DNA of 64,000 bases from Candidatus Eiseniibacteriota bacterium (GTDB lineage Bacteria; Eisenbacteria; RBG-16-71-46), in the NCBI GenBank assembly GCA_044222065.1, contig JBGAOA010000002.1, forward strand, positions 32,001 to 96,000, given 5' to 3'. The notes under the pieces are model-generated. The model made no database searches. It was given only the letters and a program-made list of their open reading frames with translations, and was not told the origin of the DNA. Shown here one piece after another: positions 19,331 to 29,794 of this stretch; within the stretch, counting starts at the first letter, position 1, and each line of letters starts with the position of its first letter. Both the position numbers and the translations under genes were made by a program.

Positions 19331-20403
19331 GGCTGCTCGTCGCCGAGGGCGCGGGGCTCGCGCCGCGACTGGAGCGCGCCGCGCTCGCGCTCGCGCGTCG
19401 CGGCCACCTCGTCCACTGGTTCGGCCGCTCGGCGGCGCGCCACGCGACGCGCGTGCCCGGCGTGCGCCCCGTCCGCCGCCGCTTCGACGTCGCCGGGCTC
19501 GACGTGGACGCCGTCGTCGCGGACGCGGCGCACCCCGCCGGCGCCGCGCTCCTCGCCTGGCTCGCGCGCGCGGGCGTCCTGATGCTCGACGTGCGCGCGG
19601 CGCGGCTCGCGCGCTGGAACGCGCTCGACCACTGGGCGTGGGGCATGGCCTACAGCGTCGCGCTCGTGACGCCGGACGATGCGGAGGCCGTGCGCGGCGG
19701 GCCGCACGGTCTGCCGCTCGATCGTTTCGGGCTCTGGCCGGACGCGGAGTCGGACGCCGAGGACCCGGCCGGGGACGACGCGGAAGTTCTCGAGCGCGCG
19801 CTCGAACGCGCGCTCGCGAGACGGCGCGGACGCGCGCCGCGGCCGGCGGCGTTCTTCGACCGTGACGGAACGCTGATCGTCGAGCGCGGCTACCTGTCCG
19901 ACCCGGCCGACGTGGAACTGGTGCCGGGTGCGGCCGAGGCGCTTCGCGAACTGCGGGCCGGCGGCTACGCGCTCGTCGTCGTCTCGAACCAGTCCGGGGT
20001 CGGCCGAGGTTACTTCACGGCCGGCGACGTCCACGCCGCGATGGCGCGGCTTCGCGAGGTGCTGCGGGCCGAGGGCGTGGAACTCGACGCGATCTACTTC
20101 TGCCCGCACGCGCCCGAGGCCGGCTGCGCGTGCCGCAAGCCCGGCACGGCGCTGCTCGAGCGCGCGTCCGAAGACCTCGTGCTCGACCTGACTCGCTCGG
20201 TCATGACGGGGGACAAGCGCATCGACGCCGAGTGCGGACAACGCGCGGGCGGCCGCGGCCTGCTGCTGCGCTCGGGGTACGGCCGCGAAGAAGAGCAGCG
20301 CGCGGCCGGGAGCGAGGGGCTCGCGCCCGACGCGGTGTGCGACGACCTCGCGGCGGCGGCGGCGTGGATGCTCGACGCGCTCGCGGCGCGTTCGCGCGAC
20401 TGA
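19327..20403 (+). CDS. gmhB: D,D-heptose 1,7-bisphosphate phosphatase (HAD IIIA) with long N-terminal extension
   Basis: FFDRDGT, SNQSGVGRG, CPH..CACRKP, GD in the C-terminal half; ~170 aa unexplained N-terminal region. Confidence 0.85.
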   Translation: MRLLVAEGAGLAPRLERAALALARRGHLVHWFGRSAARHATRVPGVRPVRRRFDVAGLDVDAVVADAAHPAGAALLAWLARAGVLMLDVRAARLARWNALDHWAWGMAYSVALVTPDDAEAVRGGPHGLPLDRFGLWPDAESDAEDPAGDDAEVLERALERALARRRGRAPRPAAFFDRDGTLIVERGYLSDPADVELVPGAAEALRELRAGGYALVVVSNQSGVGRGYFTAGDVHAAMARLREVLRAEGVELDAIYFCPHAPEAGCACRKPGTALLERASEDLVLDLTRSVMTGDKRIDAECGQRAGGRGLLLRSGYGREEEQRAAGSEGLAPDAVCDDLAAAAAWMLDALAARSRD

Positions 20404-21489
20404 CTAGCGGGCGGGCTCGAGCCGCAGCTCGAAGCCCGAGCCGTCCGCGGCGCGGTGGTACGTGAGCGCGTAGCCCGCGAGGGCGGTCTGGCGGCGTTCG
20501 ATCCAGCGCTCCTCGACGAGCTCGTCGAGGTTCCGCGGGTAGCTTCCGCGGTCGCGGCGGAACAGCTCGATCGCCGTGCGCAGGTCGCGTTCGGCCGCGA
20601 CCGCGAACACGTCGCCGGCCGGCGGCGCGAGCGAGGCGCGATCCACCGCGCCCGAGACGAGCCGCAGCGCGAGGACGATTCCGACGCACGCAGCGCCCAT
20701 GACGACCTCGCGCCACCACGGTCGCTGCTCCGCGGGGTGCAGCGCCGGCGCCTGCTCTTCCTCGACGATCTGCACGCCGGGGTCGCGGCGCCCCGTGATC
20801 TCGATCCACTGCGCTTCGAGCATGCGGTGGAGCGCTTCGTAGGTTTCGTACTCCGACATGGTCGAGTCCGCGGCGATCTGCTCGACCGTGTGCTGGCCGT
20901 CGATCAGACCGAACAGCTCGCGCTCCTCCTCGGAGAGCGGGTCGTTCGGGTCGGGGAGGTCGCGGACGCCGAGCAGCTGGTACGGGTCGCGGAAGACGGT
21001 GACGAAGCGCTTCTGTTCGTCCACGCGCCGCGCCGCTTCGATCAGCGCGCCCTCGATGCTGAGCCGCAGGAGCGGCGGATTCGGCCAGCGCGCGTTGGGA
21101 TCGAAGCGGTACGCGCCGTCCTCCCAGCGCACGATGCGCGACAGGTCGTCGAGCACCTGGCGCTCCGCGAACGCGGCGAGTTCGTCGGCCTCGAGGTAGC
21201 GTCCGTTCACGAGCAGGTCCTCGAGATCGCGACCGGATTCGCGATGGATCGTCGTGAGGCCGCGATGCTGCTCGTCCGAGAGGCGGTTGACCTTCAAGAG
21301 GAACTTGAGCAGCGGATCGTCCTTCGACATGCCCGGGTTACGAGTCGAGACGATGCGGCCTTCGATCACGTACACGACCGCGTGCTCGCTGTTCCACTCG
21401 AGCAGGAGGCAGCCGGTCTTCTTCTGCGAGCCGAGCAGCTGCAGGATTTCGGTGGCGGAGAAGTCGCGGAGATTGCCCTGGAGCGCCAT
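20404..21489 (-). CDS. DUF4388-domain protein with C-terminal TM and GspG-C-like tail
   Basis: MALQGNLRDFSATEILQLL..KKTG.L start typical of DUF4388; TM VVMGAACVGIVLAL; LRTAIELFRRDRGSYP..LDELV. Confidence 0.75.
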   Translation of the reverse strand: MALQGNLRDFSATEILQLLGSQKKTGCLLLEWNSEHAVVYVIEGRIVSTRNPGMSKDDPLLKFLLKVNRLSDEQHRGLTTIHRESGRDLEDLLVNGRYLEADELAAFAERQVLDDLSRIVRWEDGAYRFDPNARWPNPPLLRLSIEGALIEAARRVDEQKRFVTVFRDPYQLLGVRDLPDPNDPLSEEERELFGLIDGQHTVEQIAADSTMSEYETYEALHRMLEAQWIEITGRRDPGVQIVEEEQAPALHPAEQRPWWREVVMGAACVGIVLALRLVSGAVDRASLAPPAGDVFAVAAERDLRTAIELFRRDRGSYPRNLDELVEERWIERRQTALAGYALTYHRAADGSGFELRLEPAR

Positions 21490-21498
21490 CGTGAGGTC

Positions 21499-23487
21499 CT
21501 AGGCGGCGGCCGAAGGAACGTGCCGCGACGCCTGGACGGCGCGGCTGCGGGTCGGGGCCTGGAGCATCGCTTCCTGCGCGCGCTTCCGGCCGAGGCGGTG
21601 GAAGTAGCCCGTGATCGAGACGAGGTAGACGAACGCCCACAGAGCCGCGAGCACGGGCAGGGGCAGGAGGGAGTCGGCGAGCGCGAGGCGCGGTTCGTAC
21701 GCGAACGGCGCGCGGAAGCCGATCCAGCCCGCGACGAGCGTCGAGACGAGCGTCAGCAGGAACGTCGCGCCGAACACGCGTCCGAAGGACAGCAGGCCGA
21801 CGCCCGGCACGAGCGTCGCGAACGTCGTGCGAAGGAGGTGCGTGCGGCCTTCGACGCGGCGGCGGTGCTGGAGCAGGAGCACGCGCGCGAACTCGGGGCT
21901 CTCGGCGCGCGACTCGACGGCCGCGCACGCCGAGCACAACGCGATCTCGCGGCGCCGCTGCGCGCAGCGCCGGCACAGCACGGCGTCGCAGTTGCTGCAG
22001 CGCCGCAGCGGCAGCAGCTGGTGCATCCGGCGGCCGACCACGAGGCCGCCGATGGCGAGGAGCAGGGCCGCGACCGCGAACGGCCAGCCGGCGCCCTCGA
22101 TGCGCACGCGCCACCACGGCGGCAGTGCGCGCGAGGGGTCGCCGCTCGCGCGCACCTCGCCGATCGCGGACCAGAAGGTCTCGGGGGCGAGCCACTGGTC
22201 GGCGAGCGCGAGGCCGCCGTCGTCGGTGCCCTGCGACTGGTAGGTGCGGACGAGTTCGAAGTCGAGCGCGCTCGCACGCGTGAGCGCATCGCTCGCGGGC
22301 TTGTAGTCGAAGCGCTGCGTGTAGATTTGCGAGGCATTGAAGAAGGCCGCGGCATTCGCGGGGTTGATTTTCTGCGCTTTTTCGTACAGCGGCAGCGCGT
22401 CGCCGGCGCGGCCCTGCGCGGCGAGCAGGTTGCCGAGGTTGTTCAGGATCCGGTCGTCCTGCGGCCGCAGTTCGAGCGCGCGCCGATACTCCGCCTCGGC
22501 GAGCGGGAGATGTCCGCCCCGCCGGGCCGTCCAGGCGAGCCCGAAGTGCAGGTACGGGTTGTCCTCGTGCTCCCGGACGAGCTGTCGCAGCCGGGCCTCG
22601 CGCGCCTCGGAGTACGGTTCGTTCTCGACCATCGTGACGCCGTAGAAGGGACCGCGCCCCTCGTTGAGCGGCGTGACGAGCCGGTCGAGTCCGATCGCGA
22701 CGAACGGCGACGCGACGCAGGCGAGCGTGAGCACGACGAACACGAAGCGCTCGCGCGGACGCAGCTCGTGCCACAGCCATCCGAGGATGAACAGCGTGGG
22801 GAGCACGGGGCCGAGACCGGCGAAGTAGGGGAGGACGACGACGGCCCACGCCCACCAGCGCGACGTGTCCGCCCGCAGCCATCCCGAAAGGCGCTCGTGC
22901 ACGACGTGGTGGATCTCGCGTGCGTGAACGACGGCGAGAACGAACGCCGCCGCGAACAGGCCGAGGAAGATGGACTGAAGGCCGAGGTAGAGGACGTTCG
23001 CGAGCAGCGCGTGCTGCAGCGTGAAGTTGCGCCGCGCGAGTTCGATCACGTTCGCGTACTGGACGAGCGCCTGCCCGGGCTCGCTGAGGAGCGTCCACGA
23101 GGCGAGCGTCAGGTGCGGCGCGACGAACGTGGGATCGAGTTCGGCGGCGCCGCGCAGGTAACGCACGGCCTGGTCGCCCGCGCCGGCTTCGTGCGCGACG
23201 AGCCCGCGGCGGTAGTAGAGGCGCGCTTCCTGAGGAAGCGAGGCGATATGGTGCCGGACTCGGTAGTCGAGCCACGCCTCGAGGTCGCGAAGGTCCGCCG
23301 GCGGGGCGTCGGCGGGAGTCGCGCTCGCGGGCGCCGTGGCGTGCGCGGCGGTCTCGGGGGAGGCCGTTGCCTCCGACTGCGCGCGCGAAGGCGCCGGCGC
23401 GAGCGCGCACGCGAGGAGAACGGCGAGCGTCACGAGGAGGTGCGCATTCCATCTGGCGCGCACACGATCATCCTGGATTCGCGTCAT
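21499..23487 (-). CDS. TPR-containing multi-pass membrane protein with Cys-rich (possible Zn-binding) segment
   Basis: Signal peptide, TPRs ([18 protein letters not shown]), hydrophobic TMs, CSNC-x4-CRRC-x10-CSAC. Confidence 0.75.
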   Translation of the reverse strand: MTRIQDDRVRARWNAHLLVTLAVLLACALAPAPSRAQSEATASPETAAHATAPASATPADAPPADLRDLEAWLDYRVRHHIASLPQEARLYYRRGLVAHEAGAGDQAVRYLRGAAELDPTFVAPHLTLASWTLLSEPGQALVQYANVIELARRNFTLQHALLANVLYLGLQSIFLGLFAAAFVLAVVHAREIHHVVHERLSGWLRADTSRWWAWAVVVLPYFAGLGPVLPTLFILGWLWHELRPRERFVFVVLTLACVASPFVAIGLDRLVTPLNEGRGPFYGVTMVENEPYSEAREARLRQLVREHEDNPYLHFGLAWTARRGGHLPLAEAEYRRALELRPQDDRILNNLGNLLAAQGRAGDALPLYEKAQKINPANAAAFFNASQIYTQRFDYKPASDALTRASALDFELVRTYQSQGTDDGGLALADQWLAPETFWSAIGEVRASGDPSRALPPWWRVRIEGAGWPFAVAALLLAIGGLVVGRRMHQLLPLRRCSNCDAVLCRRCAQRRREIALCSACAAVESRAESPEFARVLLLQHRRRVEGRTHLLRTTFATLVPGVGLLSFGRVFGATFLLTLVSTLVAGWIGFRAPFAYEPRLALADSLLPLPVLAALWAFVYLVSITGYFHRLGRKRAQEAMLQAPTRSRAVQASRHVPSAAA

Positions 23488-23501
23488 GGCGTGGCCATCC
23501 C

Positions 23502-23531
23502 TTGACAGTGCGCGGGAACGGCTCCTAACGT
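23502..23531 (+). promoter_or_regulatory. Putative sigma70 promoter for asnS
   Basis: TTGACA-N18-TAACGT. Confidence 0.6.
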
Positions 23532-23677
23532 CCCGTTCGCCCGCCGGAGTTGTCGGCCCGCCGCGCCCCGTTCTTCATCGGTTTCGCGTGCGAGGGGTCG
23601 CCTTCGGCCCGAAATCCCGGCCTTTCCGGGGGATTTCGAAGCCTCACGTACCCCGAGCCCGAGCTTCCGGAGCGCAC

Positions 23678-24985
23678 ATGACCGGTCCCGCCGTTCCCTG
23701 GATTCGCATCGCCGACGGCCCCGCGCACGTCGGTCAGTCCGTCGAGATCCGCGGTTGGATTTCGCACCGCCGGTCGAGTGGCAAGGTCGCCTTCCTCGTC
23801 GTGCGGGACGGGAGCGGCGTGATGCAGTGCGTCGCGGGGGTGAAGGATGTGCCCGCGGAGCAATGGGAGACGATCGCCGCGCTCGGTCAGGAAGCCGCGA
23901 TCATCGTGACGGGGGCGCTCCGCGCCGATGCCCGTTCGCCGGGCGGCGTCGAACTCGGCATCCAGTCGCTTCGGCTCGTCGGACCTTCGGTGGACTACCC
24001 GATCTCGCCGAAGGAGCACGGCACGGACTTCCTCATGGACCACCGCCACCTGTGGCTGCGCTCGAGCCGCCAGCACGCGATCCTGCGCGTGCGCGCGGAG
24101 ATCATCTCGGCGTTCCGGGACTTCATGGACGGCGAGGGTTTCCTGCTCGTGGACGCGCCGATCTTCACGCCGGCCGCGTGCGAGGGCACGACGACGCTGT
24201 TCGAGACGCAGTACTTCGAGGACAAGGCCTACCTGACGCAGAGCGGCCAACTCTACAGCGAGGCGGCGGCCATGGCGTTCGGCCGCGTGTACTGCTTCGG
24301 CCCCGCTTTCCGCGCCGAGAAGAGCAAGACGCGCCGGCACCTGATCGAGTTCTGGATGATGGAGCCCGAGTGGGCGTGGGCGTCGCTCGACGACGTCATC
24401 GACCTCGAGGAGCGGCTGCTGCTCTACACGATCGGGCGAGTGCTCGACCGGCGGCGGTCCGAACTCGCGACGATCGAACGCGACGTGACGAAGCTCGAGC
24501 GGATTCGCGGGCCGTTCCCGCGCATCGAGTACAACGAGGCCGTGGACTTCCTGCACTCGAAGGGCATGGCGTTCGAGTGGGGCAACGACTTCGGCGCTCC
24601 CGACGAGACCGCGATCTCGGAGCAGTACGAGACGCCGGTGTTCGTGAAGCACTACCCGGCCGCGGTGAAGGCGTTCTACATGGAGCCGCACCCCGAGGAC
24701 GAGCGGCTCTGCCTGTCGTGCGATTGCCTCGCCCCCGAGGGCTACGGGGAAATCGTCGGCGGCGGCCAGCGCATGACGTCGCTCGACCTGCTCAATCGCC
24801 GCATCGACGAGCACGGTCTGCCGCACGAGGCGTTCGAGTGGTACAAGGACCTGCGCCGTTACGGTTCCGTGCCGCACTCGGGCTTCGGCATCGGCGTCGA
24901 GCGCACACTCGCGTGGCTGTGCGGGCTCGAACACGTGCGCGAGTCGATTCCGTTCCCGCGCATGCTGTACCGCCTGCGTCCGTGA
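23678..24985 (+). CDS. asnS: Asparaginyl-tRNA synthetase
   Basis: OB-fold [55 protein letters not shown]. Confidence 0.95.
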   Translation: MTGPAVPWIRIADGPAHVGQSVEIRGWISHRRSSGKVAFLVVRDGSGVMQCVAGVKDVPAEQWETIAALGQEAAIIVTGALRADARSPGGVELGIQSLRLVGPSVDYPISPKEHGTDFLMDHRHLWLRSSRQHAILRVRAEIISAFRDFMDGEGFLLVDAPIFTPAACEGTTTLFETQYFEDKAYLTQSGQLYSEAAAMAFGRVYCFGPAFRAEKSKTRRHLIEFWMMEPEWAWASLDDVIDLEERLLLYTIGRVLDRRRSELATIERDVTKLERIRGPFPRIEYNEAVDFLHSKGMAFEWGNDFGAPDETAISEQYETPVFVKHYPAAVKAFYMEPHPEDERLCLSCDCLAPEGYGEIVGGGQRMTSLDLLNRRIDEHGLPHEAFEWYKDLRRYGSVPHSGFGIGVERTLAWLCGLEHVRESIPFPRMLYRLRP

Positions 24986-25003
24986 TCGGCGGGCGCCGCG
25001 CGC

Positions 25004-26521
25004 TCAGCGCCGGCGCCAGATCTGCAACTCGGCTTCGCCGCCGCCGCCGCGAACGCGCTCGTACTCGCCGAGCACTTCGTCGCGCTCGGCGAGAGAGCGG
25101 AACGGCGCGCCGCGCCCCGCGAAGGCCTCGCCCGACTCGAGCACGGAGCCGCGCAGGACGAGCCAGCGCGGACGGCGTTCACGCACGACGTCCGTGTACC
25201 AGCCCGGGCCCTGCATGCGTCGCCGCGCGATCTCGGGCGTGACGAGTCCGACTTCGTCGAGCACGCGCACGGGCGCGAGCCAGCCGACGAAGCCGATCGG
25301 TTCGAGCAGCACGGCGTCGCCGGGCGTGGCGTTCGCGGCGAGGTAGCGGCCCGCGCTCGCGAACGACGAGTACTCGGCCTGGGCACGGCCGACGTAGAGC
25401 GGCACCGCCACGAACCACACGCCGAGCACGAACGCCGCGGTCGCGATGCGCAATGCGCGCGAGGAGGCGATCACGCCGAACCCGAGCGCGGCCCAGAGCG
25501 CGAGCGCCGCGAGCGGCAGCGCGAGATACCAGTAGAAGTACGCGACACCGAGCAGCGCGTAACCGAGCCACACGGCGACACCGCCTGCGATCGCGGCGGC
25601 GAGCGGGGTCGAGCGGAGCGGCAGGAGCCGCGGCAGTCCCACGACGAGCGAGGCGGCGAACGGAATCGAGAGCGAGACGAGCAGCTGAGTCTCGGCGAGC
25701 CGCGGCCAGCCGGCGAACGGGAACGGCACGATCCAGTCCCACCAGTGTCGGCCGAGCCACGGGCCCGGGGTGCCGTAGAGCTGCGACTTGGCGATGAGAC
25801 TCTGCGGCACGGGCGATCCGAACGCCCACGCGAGCCCGGCGAGGCCGACGGCGACGATCGCGAGCGCGACGAGTCGCTCGCGCCAGCCGGCCCACAGCGC
25901 CACCACGCACGCCGCCACGACGCCCTCGGGACGCCAGAGGGCGAGGAGCGCGAGCGCCGGGCCTCCCGCGGGATGCCGCGCGTGCGCGAGCAGGGCGGCG
26001 ACGAGCAGCAGGGCGATCATCGGCGAGTTCTCCATCCCCGACATCGCCACGGCGGGGAAGAGCGGCCAGGCCGCGTAGAAGAGCGTGAACGCCCAGGCGC
26101 ACCGGGCATCGACGTGGCGCTCGAGCAGCCGGCCCGCGATCAGGATCGTCGCGAAGTCCGCGATCAGCGCGGTCGCGCGCGCGAGCGCGAGCGGTGCGTG
26201 CAGGAGCGCTTCACCCGCCGCCATCCAGAGCGTCCACGGCGGCGACGTGAAGCCGAACACCGGAGCGCCGGGATTGAAGACGAATCCGTGACCTGCGGCG
26301 AGGTTCCTCGCGAATCGAAACGTGATGTACGCGTCTTCGGAGGCGTACGGCAGCACGATCCACAGCGCGACACGCGCAACCAGCGCGAGCGCCAGCGGCA
26401 GCAGGTAGGGTCCGCGCACGTCGAGCGCGCGAGTGACGGAGGGAAGCGATCCGCCGGCCGAGTTCGGGCGAGCGACGGCGGGATCGGATGAGGCGGACGA
26501 GAGGCGCGAGCGGCGGGACAT
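25004..26521 (-). CDS. Multi-pass membrane protein, GT-C-fold glycosyltransferase-like
   Basis: EDAYITFRFARNL..G.G.VFNPG..GFTSP first loop, SGME, RPEG, many TMs, D.VGLVT. Confidence 0.7.
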   Translation of the reverse strand: MSRRSRLSSASSDPAVARPNSAGGSLPSVTRALDVRGPYLLPLALALVARVALWIVLPYASEDAYITFRFARNLAAGHGFVFNPGAPVFGFTSPPWTLWMAAGEALLHAPLALARATALIADFATILIAGRLLERHVDARCAWAFTLFYAAWPLFPAVAMSGMENSPMIALLLVAALLAHARHPAGGPALALLALWRPEGVVAACVVALWAGWRERLVALAIVAVGLAGLAWAFGSPVPQSLIAKSQLYGTPGPWLGRHWWDWIVPFPFAGWPRLAETQLLVSLSIPFAASLVVGLPRLLPLRSTPLAAAIAGGVAVWLGYALLGVAYFYWYLALPLAALALWAALGFGVIASSRALRIATAAFVLGVWFVAVPLYVGRAQAEYSSFASAGRYLAANATPGDAVLLEPIGFVGWLAPVRVLDEVGLVTPEIARRRMQGPGWYTDVVRERRPRWLVLRGSVLESGEAFAGRGAPFRSLAERDEVLGEYERVRGGGGEAELQIWRRR

Positions 26522-26575
26522 GGGGCGCGGAGTCTAGGAAGAGGCTCTCGGGTCCGGCAAGCGGGATCGCGGTTC

Positions 26576-26604
26576 TTGACACCCCTTGAACCGGTCACTA
26601 ACGT
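26576..26604 (+). promoter_or_regulatory. Putative sigma70 promoter for the PstS-like/TPR/ExbBD cluster
   Basis: TTGACA-N17-TAACGT. Confidence 0.65.
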
Positions 26605-26656
26605 CGCGCCTCCGTTCGTCTCCTTGAGGCACAGGAAGCTCAGATCGGACATTGAC

Positions 26657-27622
26657 TTGAAGCTCTCGGCCTTCCTAAAATCCCAGCTCTTCGTTGCACT
26701 CCGGGCGGGCGCCGGTTCGCGGGCCCTCCAGGGCGGGGTCCTCCTGTTGCTCCTGCTGGCCGGCGGCTGCTCCTCACGGTCGGCGGCTCCGCCGAAGGAA
26801 GAATCCCTCACCAGCGGGCGTATTCGAGTCGTCTGTCCACCGGAAGTCCGGGCGCTGGTGGATCGGCAGAAGGGCGAATTCGAGCGGTTGTATCCGGACG
26901 CACAAATCGAGTTGGCGAGCGGCGAGTCGCGTGAAGCGGTTCGTGCGCTGTTCGCGGCGGAAGCCGATCTCGCGGTGCTGGCGCGGGAACTCTCCGCCGC
27001 CGAACGCGAGGCGGCGATGAAAGGCGGGCTCCCGCTCCAGGGTTACCGTTTCGCGCGCGAAGCGATCGTCGTGATCGTTCACGCGTCGAATGCTGTCGAG
27101 AACGTCACGCTCGACGATCTGCGTCGGGTGTATCAGGGCGAGTTCACGGAGTGGTCGGATTTGGGCGGAACGCGCACGTCGATCGAGCGCGTCGTCCAGG
27201 AACCCGAGAGCGACCTCATGGCCTACTGGCGAGAAGACGTGCTGAAAGACCAGCCGATCGTGGGCGCGGCGCTGACCGCGGGCTCCGATTCCGCGGTGAT
27301 CGCGGCCGTCGCCGCGCGACCCGGCGCGATCGGATTCGTCGGCTCGAGCGCTCGCCTCGACGGCGTTCGGCCGCTGCGGCTCGCCGCGATGACGGGACTC
27401 CCGTACCACTCGCCGGACGCGGAACTCGTCTACAAGGGCGACTACCCGCTGATGCGGCAGTTCAGCTTCTACGCGCGGGCCAAGGGCCCGCTGCTCGCGA
27501 ACGGACTCATCACGTTCGCGACCAGCATGGATGGACAGCGACTCGTCAGCGAGTCCGGTCTCGTGCCGACATCGGTTCCAGTTCGTTTCGTTCGGCGCTC
27601 CCCGATGCTTCAAACCCACTGA
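26657..27622 (+). CDS. PstS-like periplasmic-binding-fold lipoprotein (start uncertain)
   Basis: Lipobox LAGGC, AREAIVVIVH..N, L..LRR.Y.G...W..LGG, GAIGFV, YPL.R; TTG 26576 is more likely the -35 box. Confidence 0.75.
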   Translation: MKLSAFLKSQLFVALRAGAGSRALQGGVLLLLLLAGGCSSRSAAPPKEESLTSGRIRVVCPPEVRALVDRQKGEFERLYPDAQIELASGESREAVRALFAAEADLAVLARELSAAEREAAMKGGLPLQGYRFAREAIVVIVHASNAVENVTLDDLRRVYQGEFTEWSDLGGTRTSIERVVQEPESDLMAYWREDVLKDQPIVGAALTAGSDSAVIAAVAARPGAIGFVGSSARLDGVRPLRLAAMTGLPYHSPDAELVYKGDYPLMRQFSFYARAKGPLLANGLITFATSMDGQRLVSESGLVPTSVPVRFVRRSPMLQTH

Positions 27623-27642
27623 AGGAGATCAACGCACACGCC

Positions 27643-29412
27643 ATGATCCGACTTCCCTACCTTCGCGCACTCGGCGCCGTCGCGATCCTCATCGGTATCG
27701 CGCTCGTGGTTCCTCCGCTCCACGCGGACGATCTGAAGGATGGTCGCGCGGCGCTCGCCGCCGGTCAGTACGACCAGGCGCTTGCGTCGTTCGAGAAGGC
27801 GGCTTCACAGGGCCTCGCCGAGGGGCGCGCCGGCGTCGGGCAGGTCTGGCTCAAGCGGCGCCAGCTCGCGAAAGCGTTCGAGGCGTTCGAGACGGCGCAG
27901 AAGATGGACGGCAACCTGGCCCTGTCGCACTGGGGGCAGGGCGAGGTCTTCCGGCGCCAGGAGCAGTGGGACAAGGCGCTGCCCCTGCTGCGCCGCGCGG
28001 TCGAGCTCGACAAGAAGTTCCCCGACGCCCAGATGGCGCTCGGCGACGTGCTCGTGAAGCTCAAGCAGATTCCCGAGGCGATCGAGGTGCTCACGCAGGG
28101 CACGCGATGGGGTCCGAAGTGGCGCCCGCGCTTCCTCGTCGCGCTCGGCGACGCGGAACTCGCGCGCGATTCGCTGCGCTCGGCGAGCGTCTACTACACG
28201 CAGGCGCGTGAAGAGGCTCCGACTGATCCGCTGCCGCGCCGCGCGCTCGGCGACTTCTACCTGCTGAAGCGCGGCATCGGCGACCTCGCGGTGCCCGAGT
28301 ACGAGGCGGCGGTGGCGCTCGACTCGACCGACGTCGAGCTGCGTTACTCGTACGCCCAGGGACTCTTCTACGCGCAGCGCTACTCCGAGGCGCTGACGCA
28401 ATACCGGTGGGTGGTCGAGCGCGATCCCGAGTTCCCGGCCGGTCAGCTCGGACTCGGCAATTTGCTCTACCTGGCCGGCGCGAAGGACCCCGCGCGTTAC
28501 GCGGAAGCGCGCGCGCCGCTCGAGCGGTACACGCAGATGATGCCGAACGACGCGAAGGGTTGGAGCCTGCTCGGGCGCACCCTCTTCTACCTGAAGGAGC
28601 GCGACGCGGCGCTCGAGGCGCTGTCGAAGTCGGTCTCGATGGGCTACGAGAGCAAGGAGACCTACACGATCCTCGGCCGGCTTCACGCGGAGCGGAAGGA
28701 ATACGACAAGGCTGCCGCGGCGTTCGACAAGGGCGAACCCACCGGGCGCGATCTGCTGATCCTCGCGCAGGTCTACGTGTTCGCCGGTCAGGCGGCGCGA
28801 GCGGAGTCGCTCTACAACTCGATCATCGAGAAGGACTCGACGGCGAACGACGCGAAGTTCTCGGCGCTCCAGCTCGGGATGATCACGTACCGCGCGCGCA
28901 ACTATCCGGAGGCGGTGACCCGCTTCCAGCGACGGATCGCGCTTGACCCGGCCTGCGGTGAATGTTTTTACTATCTTGGCCTTTCTTACAAGGAATTGAA
29001 GCAGTACCCGGATGCACTCGGGGCGCTGAAGCAGTCCGCGATGCTCGAGGACGCGAAGTCGGATCGCCACTTCTGGGTCGGGATCCTGTACGCCCAGATG
29101 GACTCGATCGCGGCCGCGAAGCTCGAGCTCGGGCGCGCCCTGGATCTCGACTCCACCGGCACGTTCGCCGGCGTCGCGAATCGTCAGCTCGGCTTCTACA
29201 AGCTGCTCGACAAGGACTATTCGGAGGCGATTCGCTTCCTCGACAGCGCGGTGAAGCTGAACGACAAGGACACCCAGGCGTGGGTGTGGCTGGGACAGGC
29301 GAATCAAAACAGCGGCAATCGCACGCGGGCCATCGAGTGCTACCGCCGTGTGCTGCAACTCGATCCGAATCAGAACGACGCGATGAAGGGAATCCAGAGC
29401 CTCGGCGGCTGA
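27643..29412 (+). CDS. Exported multi-TPR protein
   Basis: Signal peptide ending LHA-DD; many TPR-like helical repeats; GAAGGAG upstream. Confidence 0.85.
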   Translation: MIRLPYLRALGAVAILIGIALVVPPLHADDLKDGRAALAAGQYDQALASFEKAASQGLAEGRAGVGQVWLKRRQLAKAFEAFETAQKMDGNLALSHWGQGEVFRRQEQWDKALPLLRRAVELDKKFPDAQMALGDVLVKLKQIPEAIEVLTQGTRWGPKWRPRFLVALGDAELARDSLRSASVYYTQAREEAPTDPLPRRALGDFYLLKRGIGDLAVPEYEAAVALDSTDVELRYSYAQGLFYAQRYSEALTQYRWVVERDPEFPAGQLGLGNLLYLAGAKDPARYAEARAPLERYTQMMPNDAKGWSLLGRTLFYLKERDAALEALSKSVSMGYESKETYTILGRLHAERKEYDKAAAAFDKGEPTGRDLLILAQVYVFAGQAARAESLYNSIIEKDSTANDAKFSALQLGMITYRARNYPEAVTRFQRRIALDPACGECFYYLGLSYKELKQYPDALGALKQSAMLEDAKSDRHFWVGILYAQMDSIAAAKLELGRALDLDSTGTFAGVANRQLGFYKLLDKDYSEAIRFLDSAVKLNDKDTQAWVWLGQANQNSGNRTRAIECYRRVLQLDPNQNDAMKGIQSLGG

Positions 29413-29435
29413 GTGCCGCTTTAGGGAGGAGCAGC

Positions 29436-29777
29436 ATGCGCGAAAGAACGGTCGGGACGATCACCATCCTGGCGCCGAAGGGCTACCTGACGGGCGGCGA
29501 CGAAACCGACGAACTCGAACAGAAGATCAAGGCGTTGAGCGAGGCGGGCAACAAGCACCTCGTCATCAACCTGTCCGAGACGCAGCATCTGAACTCGACG
29601 GCTCTGGGCGTTCTGATCTCGGCTCATTCGAACTACGTGCGCCGCGGCGGACAGATGAAGCTGTGCGCCGTCGACAAGCGCATCGAGAACATCTTCGTGA
29701 TCACGAAGCTGTCGATGGTGTTCGATTCGTACGCGACGGAGGAACTGGCGATCGCGAGCTTCGCGGAGAAGGGCTGA
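29436..29777 (+). CDS. STAS-domain protein (anti-anti-sigma factor-like)
   Basis: LVINLSETQHLNSTALGVLI..G.MKL..IF.ITKL; GGAGGA RBS. Confidence 0.85.
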   Translation: MRERTVGTITILAPKGYLTGGDETDELEQKIKALSEAGNKHLVINLSETQHLNSTALGVLISAHSNYVRRGGQMKLCAVDKRIENIFVITKLSMVFDSYATEELAIASFAEKG

Positions 29778-29794
29778 TCCCGGACGGGACCTCG

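Noticed and set aside
20455..23505. 1016-aa plus-strand ORF
   Set aside because: Antisense shadow of the DUF4388 and TPR genes.
23532..23677. T-box riboswitch before asnS
   Set aside because: No T-box consensus or U-tailed terminator is visible.
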